From assembly GCA_017468985.1 (NCBI GenBank), contig JAFUHF010000056.1, positions 3,922 to 67,921 on the forward strand: a DNA stretch of 64,000 nt, given 5' to 3'. The position numbers and the translations under genes were made by a program. Every line of letters starts with the position of its first letter. The first letter of the stretch is position 1. Positions 28,119 to 37,918 of this stretch are shown here, piece by piece. The DNA comes from Bacteroidaceae bacterium. Its GTDB lineage: Bacteria > Bacteroidota > Bacteroidia > Bacteroidales > Bacteroidaceae. The notes beneath the pieces were generated by a model. That model worked only from the letters and a program-made list of their open reading frames with translations, did not search any database and was not told the origin of the DNA.

Positions 28119-29060
28119 TCAGCGGCTGCCTAACCATAAGAAAACCATGCTGAGCATCACCAACAGCAAGTCGAAGAATTTGGCGCGCAGATTCTTTTCC
28201 CTAAACAACAAGGCACCAAACAGAAAACTCACCACCACGCTTCCCCTCCTGATCATAGATACCACAGAAACCAAGGCCTCTGGCATGGAAAGCGCGTAGA
28301 AGTAGACGAAATCGGCCAACGTCAAGAACAGGCTGATGAGCAGTATGCTCCACTCCCAATGAAAACGGTCACCATCTTGAAAGATGCCACCATGTTTCTC
28401 CCCTCCTCGTCGCCCCAGGGAGAACACCACGAAAGCCATCATCAGAAATTGATAGCCATTATACCAGCCCTGCACCATCATACGATCCAGGCCTAAGCCT
28501 CCTTGCAGCTTCGGAGTAAGTAGGAACTTATCGTACAAACCGCTTGCAGCACCCAGCACAGCGGCCATCACGATGCAATAGATCCACCGGTTGTGGGCAA
28601 AGCGGATGCCCTCCTTTTTTCCGCTGAGCGAAAGAAGGTAGAAAGAAATCACCGCCAGCATAACGCCCACCCACTGGAGGATTCCCAGGCGCTCGCCGAA
28701 AAGGATGAGCGCCCCAAGGAGCACCATAACGGGACGCGTAGCATTAATAGGCCCCACAATGGTGAGTGGAAGATGCTTCAGCCCCACATAGCCAAGTAGC
28801 CAGGAAGAAAGAACAATGGCTGCTTTCAGAAATATCCATCCGTGCTCCGCCATACTGCCCATAGGCACGTAGAGCAACGACCCGGGACAGATACATCCTG
28901 CGGCAGAGCCCACAATGAGCGGCAAGAACAGAAGGGAACAAAACAGCGTGTTAAGCATCAACACCATGGACACGGCGTTATTCTTCAAGGCGCGTTTCTT
29001 AAACACGTCATAACAGCCCAGCAACACCGCGGAAAGAAAAGCTACCTGCCACCACATCAC
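28119..29060 (-). CDS. EamA family (DMT superfamily) transporter
   Basis: It shows roughly ten TM segments with a two-fold EamA-like layout. Confidence 0.75.
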   Translation of the reverse strand: MMWWQVAFLSAVLLGCYDVFKKRALKNNAVSMVLMLNTLFCSLLFLPLIVGSAAGCICPGSLLYVPMGSMAEHGWIFLKAAIVLSSWLLGYVGLKHLPLTIVGPINATRPVMVLLGALILFGERLGILQWVGVMLAVISFYLLSLSGKKEGIRFAHNRWIYCIVMAAVLGAASGLYDKFLLTPKLQGGLGLDRMMVQGWYNGYQFLMMAFVVFSLGRRGGEKHGGIFQDGDRFHWEWSILLISLFLTLADFVYFYALSMPEALVSVVSMIRRGSVVVSFLFGALLFREKNLRAKFFDLLLVMLSMVFLWLGSR

Positions 29061-29229
29061 TTTAAATTTTCAGAAATCGCATGCAAAGTTCCTAAAATCC
29101 GTCCTTTCGGAAGTATTCGCTGAAGTAAAAACTCATTTTCCAAGCTATCTACACCCATATTTCTGAAGAAAATGCGAACTTTGCTTCACGAAAACATCAG
29201 ATTTATCATTTCATTCACGTCATTACATT

Positions 29230-29784
29230 ATGTCAACAGTTTACGACTTTACCCTCACGAACAAAAAGGGCCAAGAAGTGAGCCTCAAAGACTTTGAAGG
29301 CCAGGTGCTACTTATTGTCAACACAGCCAGTCGCTGTGGCTTCACGCCACAATACGAAGAACTCGAAACCATCTATGAGGAACTTCACCCCAATGGACTT
29401 GAAATTCTGGACATTCCCTGCAACCAGTTTGGGCAGCAGGCTCCAGGCACAGACGAAGAAATCACCCAGTTCTGCCAGCTCACTTATGGCACGAAGTTTC
29501 CGCAATTTCGCAAGTCTGAGGTAAATGGCCCCGGTGCACTTCCACTCTACGTATGGCTAAAGAGCCAGAAAGGCTTCGCCGGCTTCGACCCCTCCCACCC
29601 CATCGCCGGAGTATTAGAGCAAATGCTGGCCAAAGCCGACCCCAACTTTAAGGAAAACCCTGACATTAAGTGGAACTTCACGAAGTTCCTCATTAGCCGC
29701 GAGGGCGAAATCATCGCCCGTTTCGAGCCCACCACCGATATGCAAACCGTCAAAGAGGCTATCAAGAAAGCCTTAGAAAAATAA
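29230..29784 (+). CDS. Glutathione peroxidase (Cys-type)
   Basis: LIVNTASRCGFTPQY and WNFTKFLI motifs are present. The active site is a Cys codon, not TGA. Confidence 0.92.
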   Translation: MSTVYDFTLTNKKGQEVSLKDFEGQVLLIVNTASRCGFTPQYEELETIYEELHPNGLEILDIPCNQFGQQAPGTDEEITQFCQLTYGTKFPQFRKSEVNGPGALPLYVWLKSQKGFAGFDPSHPIAGVLEQMLAKADPNFKENPDIKWNFTKFLISREGEIIARFEPTTDMQTVKEAIKKALEK

Positions 29785-29796
29785 CACCTCATTCGC

Positions 29797-30696
29797 ATGA
29801 AGAAGATAAAAGCCGCCGTAGTAGGTTACGGCAACATAGGTCGCTTCACCGTGCAGGCCCTTGAAGCCGCACCCGATTTCCAGATCAGCGGCATCGTAAG
29901 ACGCCAAGGTGCCGCAAACAGACCCTCTGAGCTGGACGCATACCCCGTAGTAAGTGACATTCGTGAACTGGACGCCGTTGATGTAGCCATTCTTGCCACC
30001 CCCACGCGTTCCTGCGAAGCCTACGCTCGTGAGATCCTTGCCATGGGTATCAACACCGTAGACAGTTTCGACATTCACACCGACATCCTTGCCTACCGCA
30101 ATGCTCTGATGCCTATCTGCAAAGCCAACGGCACCGCGGCCGTCATTGCCGCCGGATGGGACCCCGGATCCGACAGCATCGTGCGAACGCTCATGCAGAG
30201 CATCGCTCCCAAAGGGCTTACCTACACCAATTTCGGCCCGGGCATGAGCATGGGCCACTCCGTATGCGCAAAGAGCAAGGAAGGTGTGAAGAACGCCCTG
30301 TCCATGACCATTCCCAAGGGTGAAGGCCTGCATCGCAGAATGGTCTACGTAGAGCTGGAGGACGGCGCAAACCTGGAAAGCGTTACCGCCGCCATAAAGG
30401 CCGACCCCTATTTTGCTCACGACGAGACCCACGTCATTCAGGTAGAGAGCGTTGACGAAGTAAAAGACATGGGCCACGGCGTAAACCTTGTAAGAAAGGG
30501 CGTAAGCGGCCTGACGCAGAATCAGCGCTTGGAATTCAGCATGAGCATCAACAATCCGGCCCTCACCGGCCAGGTATTGGTATGCGTAGCACGTGCCTCC
30601 CTCAGACAGCAACCCGGTTGTTACACCATGATAGAGATTCCCGTAGCCGATCTCTTGCCATGCAGCCGCGAAGAAGCCATCGCTTCCTTAGTCTGA
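29797..30696 (+). CDS. ddh: meso-Diaminopimelate D-dehydrogenase
   Basis: The N-terminal Rossmann motif VVGYGNIGR is present, and the 299-aa length and sequence are typical of Bacteroidales Ddh. Confidence 0.85.
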   Translation: MKKIKAAVVGYGNIGRFTVQALEAAPDFQISGIVRRQGAANRPSELDAYPVVSDIRELDAVDVAILATPTRSCEAYAREILAMGINTVDSFDIHTDILAYRNALMPICKANGTAAVIAAGWDPGSDSIVRTLMQSIAPKGLTYTNFGPGMSMGHSVCAKSKEGVKNALSMTIPKGEGLHRRMVYVELEDGANLESVTAAIKADPYFAHDETHVIQVESVDEVKDMGHGVNLVRKGVSGLTQNQRLEFSMSINNPALTGQVLVCVARASLRQQPGCYTMIEIPVADLLPCSREEAIASLV

Positions 30697-30732
30697 AGAT
30701 AGCATTTCCCTCTCACTCTAATCACTACTTTG

Positions 30733-30755
30733 CAGCGCGGGAAATTTCCGCGCTG
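30733..30755. terminator. Palindromic hairpin between convergent ddh and truA (possible bidirectional terminator)
   Basis: The stem is CAGCGCGG-GAAATTT-CCGCGCTG, 8 bp and perfect. The flanking T-runs are weak. Confidence 0.4.
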
Positions 30756-30761
30756 ACTTTG

Positions 30762-31532
30762 TTATAGTTTTTCAGGCTGCCGCCCATCTATATAGACGGA
30801 ATCAGGATAGACCACCTCCTCCAGAAACAAGCCGCAGGCCGGCATCGATTCCCCTGAGGCCCTGCGGTCGGAGGCACGGATCACTTCCTCCAACCCGTCC
30901 AGCGTGAGCCTGTGGCGTCCCACACTGACAAGGGTACCCACAACGGCTCTCACCATATTGCGCAAATAACGGTCCGCCGTAATGCGGAAGCGCCACGTAC
31001 CGTTGTCCATCCTCGTCCAACGAGCCTCCGTGAGGTGACAAATGTTGGTTTTATTATCGCTGCCCGTCTTGCAAAAAGAACCAAAATCTCTCGTGCGGAG
31101 CAACAGTGCAGCGCCCTGATTCATCAACTCAAAATCCAGATCTTGATAGAGCCGGCAGGTGTAAGGACGCGTAAACGGTTCCTTCTGCAGAGAAAGATAG
31201 TAGTGATAGGTACGGCTGATGGCACTGAAGCGCGCATGAGCGTCGGGGCATACGGGTACCACCGCCCTCACTGCCACGTCGGGCGGCAACAGGCAGTTCA
31301 GTTTGAAGCGCAGCCATTGCGTGTCCAACTCCTCAAGAGTGTCAATATGGGCACACTGCCGTCGCGCATGCACTCCGGTATCAGTTCTGCCGGCAGCCGT
31401 AGCACTGACATCACGGCCAAAGATGAGTTTCAAGGCATCTTCCAGTTTCTCCTGCACGCTCACCGCATTGGGCTGACGCTGCCAGCCGTGATAGGACGTT
31501 CCGTCGTAGGAAATGAAAAGAAAATATCGCAT
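30762..31532 (-). CDS. truA: tRNA pseudouridine(38-40) synthase
   Basis: ISYDGTSYHGWQRQ and GRTDTGVHA motifs are present. Confidence 0.92.
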   Translation of the reverse strand: MRYFLFISYDGTSYHGWQRQPNAVSVQEKLEDALKLIFGRDVSATAAGRTDTGVHARRQCAHIDTLEELDTQWLRFKLNCLLPPDVAVRAVVPVCPDAHARFSAISRTYHYYLSLQKEPFTRPYTCRLYQDLDFELMNQGAALLLRTRDFGSFCKTGSDNKTNICHLTEARWTRMDNGTWRFRITADRYLRNMVRAVVGTLVSVGRHRLTLDGLEEVIRASDRRASGESMPACGLFLEEVVYPDSVYIDGRQPEKL

Positions 31533-31552
31533 AACAGGGAATCTCTAAAACT

Positions 31553-32350
31553 TCACCTCACGGTAATGTGGAAGCATCCCTGCTTCACTTCGTATTTCAC
31601 ATAGCAGCGTTCACGAGAGCGCAAGTCGCGAAGCACCTCAGAGAGGATGTACTTCAGGGTATCGCTGCGTGTTTCTACAAGAGCAGCATCCGTTTGGAGG
31701 TGGATGGGACAGAATTTGTTGTAGCTAATGTCGAAGGTGGTGCCATAGAGGTGACAGCTGTTTTCGGAAGCATTACCATTGATGCGCCGCAGACTGGCCA
31801 CATCCTGAAGCGTACGCGTGAGGGAAGTGACAACGATTTTCTCTGGATGCGCCACCCCCTTTACATATTGGGAATCCAGAAAGTTACGACCTATCGTCTC
31901 CAGCAGTAGTGCTGCACGCGGAACAAGATAGGGTACAGAGTGACGGAGCCCTCGCACTTTATAATAAGGACTGAGTGCTACACACACCAGAGCATCACCC
32001 TCCCCATTCATCGTCTCCCGATCTCTCAGCGGTCTGATGCCATGACGTCTGGCCGAGGGCAACTGCACATCGTTAACATCAGGAAAACAGAGGGCATAAC
32101 TCGCCACACCATAGATGCGATGCTTTCTCCTCTCTCCGCCTTTTTTGATACGCCCCTCTATCTGCTCCGAAAGCAGACTTTCCTCCGGCTTCACGTTCTT
32201 CGCATCTGAAGCGATTTCTGCCTGAGTCGCCACACGCTCTCCCCCCCGGCGCACTGAGGGAAAGGACAGCCGAAGGAGAAAAAGAAACAGCGTAACACCG
32301 AAGAAGGTATAGACAAAATGCTTCTTACGGATGTGAAAGGACAGCTTCAT
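31553..32350 (-). CDS. DUF5715-like protein (M15/VanY-like peptidase fold suspected)
   Basis: It has an N-terminal TM segment (FFGVTLFLFLLRL) and a CHLYGTTFDISY segment. The start is trimmed to MKLSFHIRKK, because the longer ORF-track version runs through the phoH promoter region. The family assignment is from memory. Confidence 0.5.
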   Translation of the reverse strand: MKLSFHIRKKHFVYTFFGVTLFLFLLRLSFPSVRRGGERVATQAEIASDAKNVKPEESLLSEQIEGRIKKGGERRKHRIYGVASYALCFPDVNDVQLPSARRHGIRPLRDRETMNGEGDALVCVALSPYYKVRGLRHSVPYLVPRAALLLETIGRNFLDSQYVKGVAHPEKIVVTSLTRTLQDVASLRRINGNASENSCHLYGTTFDISYNKFCPIHLQTDAALVETRSDTLKYILSEVLRDLRSRERCYVKYEVKQGCFHITVR

Positions 32351-32446
32351 GAGGGCACTACTGGCTTTGACAGCGCAAAAGTACGTAAAAATATCGTGCT
32401 TTGTGAAAGGTTTTCCGTATTTTTGCACCATTATCATCAAAGCTTC

Positions 32447-33409
32447 ATGACAGAAAAGCATCTGATTCTGGAAGACGTAGACCCTGCATCGTTCTACGGG
32501 GCAGGAAATGCCAACCTGCACCTGCTGAAGGCATTGCTGCCCAAACTGCGTATCGTGGCCCGTGGTGATGTCATGAAGGTAATGGGTCAGGAGGAGGAAC
32601 TGGAGGAGTTTGAAACGCTGTGGAAGAATCTGGTGGATCATCTACAGAAACGGGGCGCTTTGGCCGAGAAGGACATCATTGATATCTTTCACGGTCGCAG
32701 TCTCAGCGAGGAAGAGGACACATCCGTTATTCTCTACAGCACCTCAGGCAAGCCCGTCAGTCCCCGTAGTCAGAATCAGTCAAGCTTGGTAAAAGCCTAC
32801 AGTCAGCACGATCTTATTTTTGCCATAGGGCCAGCCGGAACGGGCAAGACCTTCATCAGTATAGCCTTGGCCGTAAGGGCTCTGAAGCACCGAGAGATCA
32901 AGAGGATCATACTGAGCCGGCCCGCCGTTGAAGCCGGCGAGAAGCTGGGTTTCCTACCTGGCGACATGAAGGACAAGATTGACCCCTACCTGCAACCCCT
33001 TTACGACGCTCTGGAGGAAATGATTCCAGCCATAAAGCTGCAAGAATACATGGACCGCCACGTCATACAGATAGCTCCTTTGGCATTCATGCGTGGGCGA
33101 ACGCTCAATGATGCCGTAGTGATCCTCGACGAGGCGCAGAACACTACCACCAGCCAGATGAAGATGTTCCTCACGCGCATGGGCATGAACACCAAAATGA
33201 TCATAACAGGTGACCGCACACAAGTGGACCTTCCCCCATCGCAAAAGTCGGGGCTCACCGAAGCACTACGCATACTGAAAGACGTGGAAGGGATTGCCAC
33301 CGTAGAAATGACGGAAAAAGACATCGTGCGCCACAAGTTGGTAACGCGCATTGTAGAAGCCTACGGCATGGACGCGCAGATGAGAAAAGAAAAAGTTACA
33401 ATTTCATAA
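32447..33409 (+). CDS. phoH: PhoH family ATPase
   Basis: Walker A (GPAGTGKT), ILDEAQN and [11 protein letters not shown] are present. The start is set at [11 protein letters not shown]. Confidence 0.9.
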   Translation: MTEKHLILEDVDPASFYGAGNANLHLLKALLPKLRIVARGDVMKVMGQEEELEEFETLWKNLVDHLQKRGALAEKDIIDIFHGRSLSEEEDTSVILYSTSGKPVSPRSQNQSSLVKAYSQHDLIFAIGPAGTGKTFISIALAVRALKHREIKRIILSRPAVEAGEKLGFLPGDMKDKIDPYLQPLYDALEEMIPAIKLQEYMDRHVIQIAPLAFMRGRTLNDAVVILDEAQNTTTSQMKMFLTRMGMNTKMIITGDRTQVDLPPSQKSGLTEALRILKDVEGIATVEMTEKDIVRHKLVTRIVEAYGMDAQMRKEKVTIS

Positions 33410-33420
33410 TACCATTATTC

Positions 33421-34371
33421 ATGAACAAAGCATTAGTAAAGACCGAATATCAGTTTGAAGGTCAGAAGAGCGTATACCACGGTAAGGTGCGCGACGTATA
33501 CAACATTGCCGACGAGAAACTCGTCATGGTAGCCACCGACCGCATCAGTGCCTTTGACGTGATTCTGCCTGAAGGCATTCCCTATAAAGGACAAGTGCTC
33601 AATCAGATTGCCGCCCAATTCCTTGACGCCACCACCGACATCTGTCCCAACTGGAAACTGGCTACTCCCGATCCCATGGTGACCGTGGGCGTCATGTGCA
33701 AAGGCTTTCCCATCGAAATGATTGTGAGAGGCTACTTGTGCGGATCAGCCTGGAGAGCCTACAAGAGCGGAGTAAGGGAGATATGCGGTATCAGGTTGCC
33801 TGAGGGAATGAAGGAAAACCAGAAGTTTCCCGAACCCATCATCACGCCAACCACAAAAGCAGAGATTGGCGAACACGATGCCGACATCTCCAAGGAAGAA
33901 ATCCTGGCCCAAGGACTGGCCACACCCGAGGAATATGCCCTTCTGGAGAAGTACGCCCTTGCACTCTTTAAGCGCGGAGGAGAGATAGCCGCCGAGCGAG
34001 GCCTCATTCTGGTAGACACCAAATACGAGTTTGGCACCCATAATGGAAAAATCTACCTGATGGACGAAATCCATACCCCCGACTCCAGCCGCTACTTCTA
34101 CAGCCAAGGATACGAAGAAAAATTCCAAAAGGGTCTGCCACAACGCCAGCTGTCCAAAGAATTCGTAAGGGAGTGGCTGATGGAAAACGGTTTCCAAGGA
34201 AAAGCCGGACAGCAAGTTCCGGAAATGACGCCGCAGATTGTGGAGAGCATCTCTAACCGATATATCGAACTCTACGAACACATCACCGGACAGACTTTCA
34301 ACAAAGAATCTACCGACAACGTTCAACAGCGCATTGAGCAGAACGTTTCAAAATACCTCCAGAACGCATGA
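33421..34371 (+). CDS. purC: Phosphoribosylaminoimidazole-succinocarboxamide synthase
   Basis: This is the long-form PurC, with [18 protein letters not shown] and LVDTKYEFG motifs. Confidence 0.92.
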   Translation: MNKALVKTEYQFEGQKSVYHGKVRDVYNIADEKLVMVATDRISAFDVILPEGIPYKGQVLNQIAAQFLDATTDICPNWKLATPDPMVTVGVMCKGFPIEMIVRGYLCGSAWRAYKSGVREICGIRLPEGMKENQKFPEPIITPTTKAEIGEHDADISKEEILAQGLATPEEYALLEKYALALFKRGGEIAAERGLILVDTKYEFGTHNGKIYLMDEIHTPDSSRYFYSQGYEEKFQKGLPQRQLSKEFVREWLMENGFQGKAGQQVPEMTPQIVESISNRYIELYEHITGQTFNKESTDNVQQRIEQNVSKYLQNA

Positions 34372-34829
34372 AGCAACTCCTGTCTGTCAGCATCATATGC
34401 TGCCTCACGTTGCTTTGCAGCTGTAAGGAGCATTATTCCGACGGCGAAAAGGTGGGTACGCTCATTGAGTTCGCCAAGTCGGGACTCATCTGGGACTCTT
34501 GGGACGGACGCCTCAACCTGACGCAAACGGGCATGAACACAGCCGGCGAACCCTTTGAGTTTTCCTTTGATAACGACAGAACCGACCAGGAAGAGCTTAT
34601 CAAGCTGCTCAGAGAAGCCCAGGTGGAAGGTTGGAAAATCAAACTGCAATACCACCGCGTGCAGGGCTGGAACTGGTTTGAAAACCGCGGACGTTTCAAT
34701 TATTTCGTTGATGACGTCACCGTACTTGACAAGAACTTTGCCAACGTATTCCGCCCGAACAGCGAAGAACGCGGCCGCGTGGTCGATACGATCTACGTAG
34801 TCATTGATAAGTCGCAGCTCAAGAAGTAA
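34368..34829 (+). CDS. Hypothetical lipoprotein
   Basis: It has a lipobox (LTLLCSCK). Its ATG overlaps the purC stop as ATGA at 34368-34371. Confidence 0.65.
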   Translation: MKQLLSVSIICCLTLLCSCKEHYSDGEKVGTLIEFAKSGLIWDSWDGRLNLTQTGMNTAGEPFEFSFDNDRTDQEELIKLLREAQVEGWKIKLQYHRVQGWNWFENRGRFNYFVDDVTVLDKNFANVFRPNSEERGRVVDTIYVVIDKSQLKK

Positions 34830-34834
34830 TTCGA

Positions 34835-35572
34835 ATGACGTACGTTCAGGAAGACATCCTCCCCTACGACTCTGCCACCCCAAAAGGGCAGCAGGTTGAA
34901 CGCATGTTCGATGCCATCGCCCACTCCTACGACAAACTGAACCACTGGCTGTCGCTGGGCATCGACCGCCGTTGGCGGCAGAAAAGCATCGATGCACTCC
35001 GGTCACTGCCTCACCGCACCATTCTCGACCTGGCCACCGGCACCGGCGATTTCGCCCTGCTGGCACAGCGCAGGCTTTTGCCAGAGAGCATCATGGCCTG
35101 CGATTTGTCAGAAAACATGATGCAGATAGGTCGCGAGAAGGTAAAAAAGGCAGGATTGGAAGAGGTCATCTTCTTCAAGCGTGAAGACGGCATGAAGCTG
35201 AGCTTCTCCAACGAAACATTCGATGCCGTCACTATTGCCTATGGTGTAAGAAACTATCAGGACCTTGATCAAGGGCTAAGGGAGATCCACCGCGTGCTAC
35301 GACCTGGAGGCCACGCCGTTATTCTGGAACTTACAGCTCCTCATCGCCAGCCAATGCGCAGTCTGTTCTGGCTGTATTCCCATGCCATCATGCCCACGAT
35401 AGGCCGACTGATTTCAAAAGACCGTAGCGCTTACCGCTACCTTCCTGCCACAATGGAAGCCTTTCCGCAAGGCGAAGTAATGGTCAATATTCTTTCTAAA
35501 GCCGGTTTTTCTAACGTGAAGTTCAAGCGCTTCACCTTCGGTTTGTCCACCATGTACCTCGCAGCCAAATAA
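34835..35572 (+). CDS. ubiE: Demethylmenaquinone/ubiquinone C-methyltransferase
   Basis: FDAIAHSYDKLNHWLSLGIDRRWR and the SAM motif ILDLATGTGD are present. Confidence 0.9.
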   Translation: MTYVQEDILPYDSATPKGQQVERMFDAIAHSYDKLNHWLSLGIDRRWRQKSIDALRSLPHRTILDLATGTGDFALLAQRRLLPESIMACDLSENMMQIGREKVKKAGLEEVIFFKREDGMKLSFSNETFDAVTIAYGVRNYQDLDQGLREIHRVLRPGGHAVILELTAPHRQPMRSLFWLYSHAIMPTIGRLISKDRSAYRYLPATMEAFPQGEVMVNILSKAGFSNVKFKRFTFGLSTMYLAAK

Positions 35573-35586
35573 AAGTTCTGACGCAT

Positions 35587-36336
35587 ATGAAGCATACCTA
35601 CGGACTCATCGGCCACCCATTGGGGCATTCCTTCAGCAAAGCCTTCTTTACGGAAAAATTCCAGACAGAAGGAATCGAAGCCGAATACCTGAACTTCGAC
35701 CTCCCCGACATAGTAGCCTTCGCCACGGTCATCCAGCATTATCCCTCCCTGCGAGGTCTCAATGTCACCCTGCCCTACAAGCAGCAAATAATGCCCTTCA
35801 TGGACGAACTGAGCGAGGAGGCACGCAGCATTGGAGCCGTAAACGTCATCAAGGTAACCCATGACGGCAATCGTACCCGTTTGAAAGGCTACAATTCTGA
35901 CGTCATCGGATTCATCAACTCCATCCGTCCCTTACTCAGGCCCCACCATCAGAAAGCCCTCGTTCTGGGCACCGGCGGTGCTTCAAGAGCCATAGTCTAC
36001 GGTCTTCACCGCTTAGGTCTGGAAACCTGCTACGTCAGCCGTTCCCCAAGAGAGGGAATGATAAGCTATAGCGATATTGACCACCATGTCATTGACCAAT
36101 ATCCCGTCATCGTAAATTGTTCCCCCTGCGGCATGTATCCCCATGTGGAAGAATGTCCGCTTCTGCCTTACGAATCCTTCGGACCCAACAACGTACTCTA
36201 CGATCTGGTGTACAATCCATTGGAAACGCTATTTCTCCGCAAGGGAAAGGCTCAGGGAGCCACAGTCAAAAACGGATTGGAAATGCTCCACCTGCAAGCT
36301 CTGGCAAGTTGGGACTTTTGGAACAGTAACGACTAA
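35587..36336 (+). CDS. aroE: Shikimate dehydrogenase
   Basis: YGLIGHPLGHSFS, NVTLPYK and VLGTGGASRA motifs are present. Confidence 0.9.
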   Translation: MKHTYGLIGHPLGHSFSKAFFTEKFQTEGIEAEYLNFDLPDIVAFATVIQHYPSLRGLNVTLPYKQQIMPFMDELSEEARSIGAVNVIKVTHDGNRTRLKGYNSDVIGFINSIRPLLRPHHQKALVLGTGGASRAIVYGLHRLGLETCYVSRSPREGMISYSDIDHHVIDQYPVIVNCSPCGMYPHVEECPLLPYESFGPNNVLYDLVYNPLETLFLRKGKAQGATVKNGLEMLHLQALASWDFWNSND

Positions 36337-36351
36337 CCTCCATCGCCTCTA

Positions 36352-37269
36352 ATGAAACGCCTGCTCTTCCCACTCCTGTTCATCATCTGCCTGCTGCTTT
36401 CCCCAGCGGCAAGAGCCACGGTGTGGACTGCCGAGAACCTCCCCATGGTCCATCTGCAAGACGCACGGCGCTACGTTTGCAATCCCGATTGTGTTCTGTC
36501 AGCCTCAGCGGTAGACAGCATTGATGCCATACTCTACAGATTAGAGCAAACGAAGGGCGTTGAAACCATCGTAGTTGTCGTAAAGCAAGTGGCTGACGGC
36601 GACTGTTACACGCTTGGCATGAACCTGGCACGTAAGTATGGCGTAGGCAATAAGGAGCAAAACAGTGGGCTCATTGTCATTCTGAGCACTGAAGACCGCC
36701 GCTACTACATACTCACTGGAACCGGAATGGAAGGCACCCTGCCCGATGCCATCTGTAAACGTATTGAGACTCGCGTCATGGTTCCCCGACTCAAGGAGGG
36801 TGACTGGGATGGCGCCATGACAGAGGGCATCAAAGCCATCAACAGCTACATTGAGGGTGACGAATCGCTCAAAGCCATGGAAAAAGACGATGACCTTGAC
36901 GTAGGTATCTCGGGGCTTATCCTACTGGTTGCCTTCATCTTCTTATTCGCCTTTTTGCTGACCTATGCCAACATGAGCCACTGCCCGAAGTGCGGCAAAC
37001 GAGCCTATCGGCGTACCGCCGAGAAGTATCTTTACACTCGCGATGGCTGGGACTACTTCCAAGTGGTTACAGCATGCTATAAATGCGGCTACTCCACTTC
37101 CAAGATCGTTCGCCGTCGCCACGAAGACGATGATGACGGGCTCCTGACCGGTGCCGTTTTGGGTTCCATGATGGGACGCGGCAGCAGTGGCTGGAGCGGC
37201 GGAGGATTCGGAGGAGGCAGTTTTGGAGGCGGTAGCTTCGGAGGCGGCGGAGCCGGAGGTGGTTTCTGA
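36352..37269 (+). CDS. TPM domain-containing membrane protein (YgcG-like) with a cytoplasmic zinc-ribbon and Gly-rich tail
   Basis: The order is signal peptide, TPM-like region (IVVVVKQV ... GLIVILSTEDRRYYILTG), one TM segment, CPKCG...CYKCG (about 36982-37086), an acidic run, then GGGFGGGSFGGGSFGGGGAGGGF. Confidence 0.8.
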   Translation: MKRLLFPLLFIICLLLSPAARATVWTAENLPMVHLQDARRYVCNPDCVLSASAVDSIDAILYRLEQTKGVETIVVVVKQVADGDCYTLGMNLARKYGVGNKEQNSGLIVILSTEDRRYYILTGTGMEGTLPDAICKRIETRVMVPRLKEGDWDGAMTEGIKAINSYIEGDESLKAMEKDDDLDVGISGLILLVAFIFLFAFLLTYANMSHCPKCGKRAYRRTAEKYLYTRDGWDYFQVVTACYKCGYSTSKIVRRRHEDDDDGLLTGAVLGSMMGRGSSGWSGGGFGGGSFGGGSFGGGGAGGGF

Positions 37270-37312
37270 ACTATATTCAATCGAATTATATTCATAACAA
37301 AAGTATCATATC

Positions 37313-37909
37313 ATGAAATTATCAAAGACCTTAAAGATTATCATTGCAATCGTAGTGGTTGCCGTTCTGCTCATTGGCTGTGGTTCGTCGCAGTACAACG
37401 GAATGGTACCTAGCGAAGAAAAGGTTACAACGGCATGGAGCAACGTTGAAAACCAGTACCAACGCCGCGCCGACCTAATTCCCAATCTGGTAAGCACTGT
37501 AAAAGGCTATGCCGCCCACGAGGAAAACACCTTCAAGGAAGTAGTGGAAGCACGGGCCAAAGCCACTCAGGTAACCATTGATCCCACCAACATGACTCCC
37601 GAAAAGCTCAAGGAATTCCAAGCTGCACAGGGAGAACTGGGCAGTGCTTTGGGTAAACTGATTGCCATTTCTGAAAATTATCCGGAACTGAAAGCCAATC
37701 AGAATTTCTTAGAGCTTCAGGCACAACTCGAAGGCACCGAAAACCGCATTAATGAAGCACGACGCCTTTACAACGAAGCTGCTCAGGACTACAATGTCAC
37801 CATTCGCCAGTTCCCGGGGGTAATCTTCGCACGTTTGTTCGGCTTCCAGACCAAGACCAAGTTCGAAGCCGCCGAAGGAGCCCAAAACGCACCTAAGGTG
37901 GAATTTTAA
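37313..37909 (+). CDS. lemA: LemA family protein
   Basis: It has an N-terminal TM segment plus AWSNVENQYQRRADLIPNLV and YPELKANQNF motifs. Confidence 0.9.
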   Translation: MKLSKTLKIIIAIVVVAVLLIGCGSSQYNGMVPSEEKVTTAWSNVENQYQRRADLIPNLVSTVKGYAAHEENTFKEVVEARAKATQVTIDPTNMTPEKLKEFQAAQGELGSALGKLIAISENYPELKANQNFLELQAQLEGTENRINEARRLYNEAAQDYNVTIRQFPGVIFARLFGFQTKTKFEAAEGAQNAPKVEF

Positions 37910-37918
37910 TCCTATCAG

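Noticed and set aside
29230-29784. Selenocysteine recoding in the glutathione peroxidase
   Set aside because: The active-site position is an ordinary Cys codon (ASRCGFT). There is no in-frame TGA and no SECIS-like hairpin requirement.
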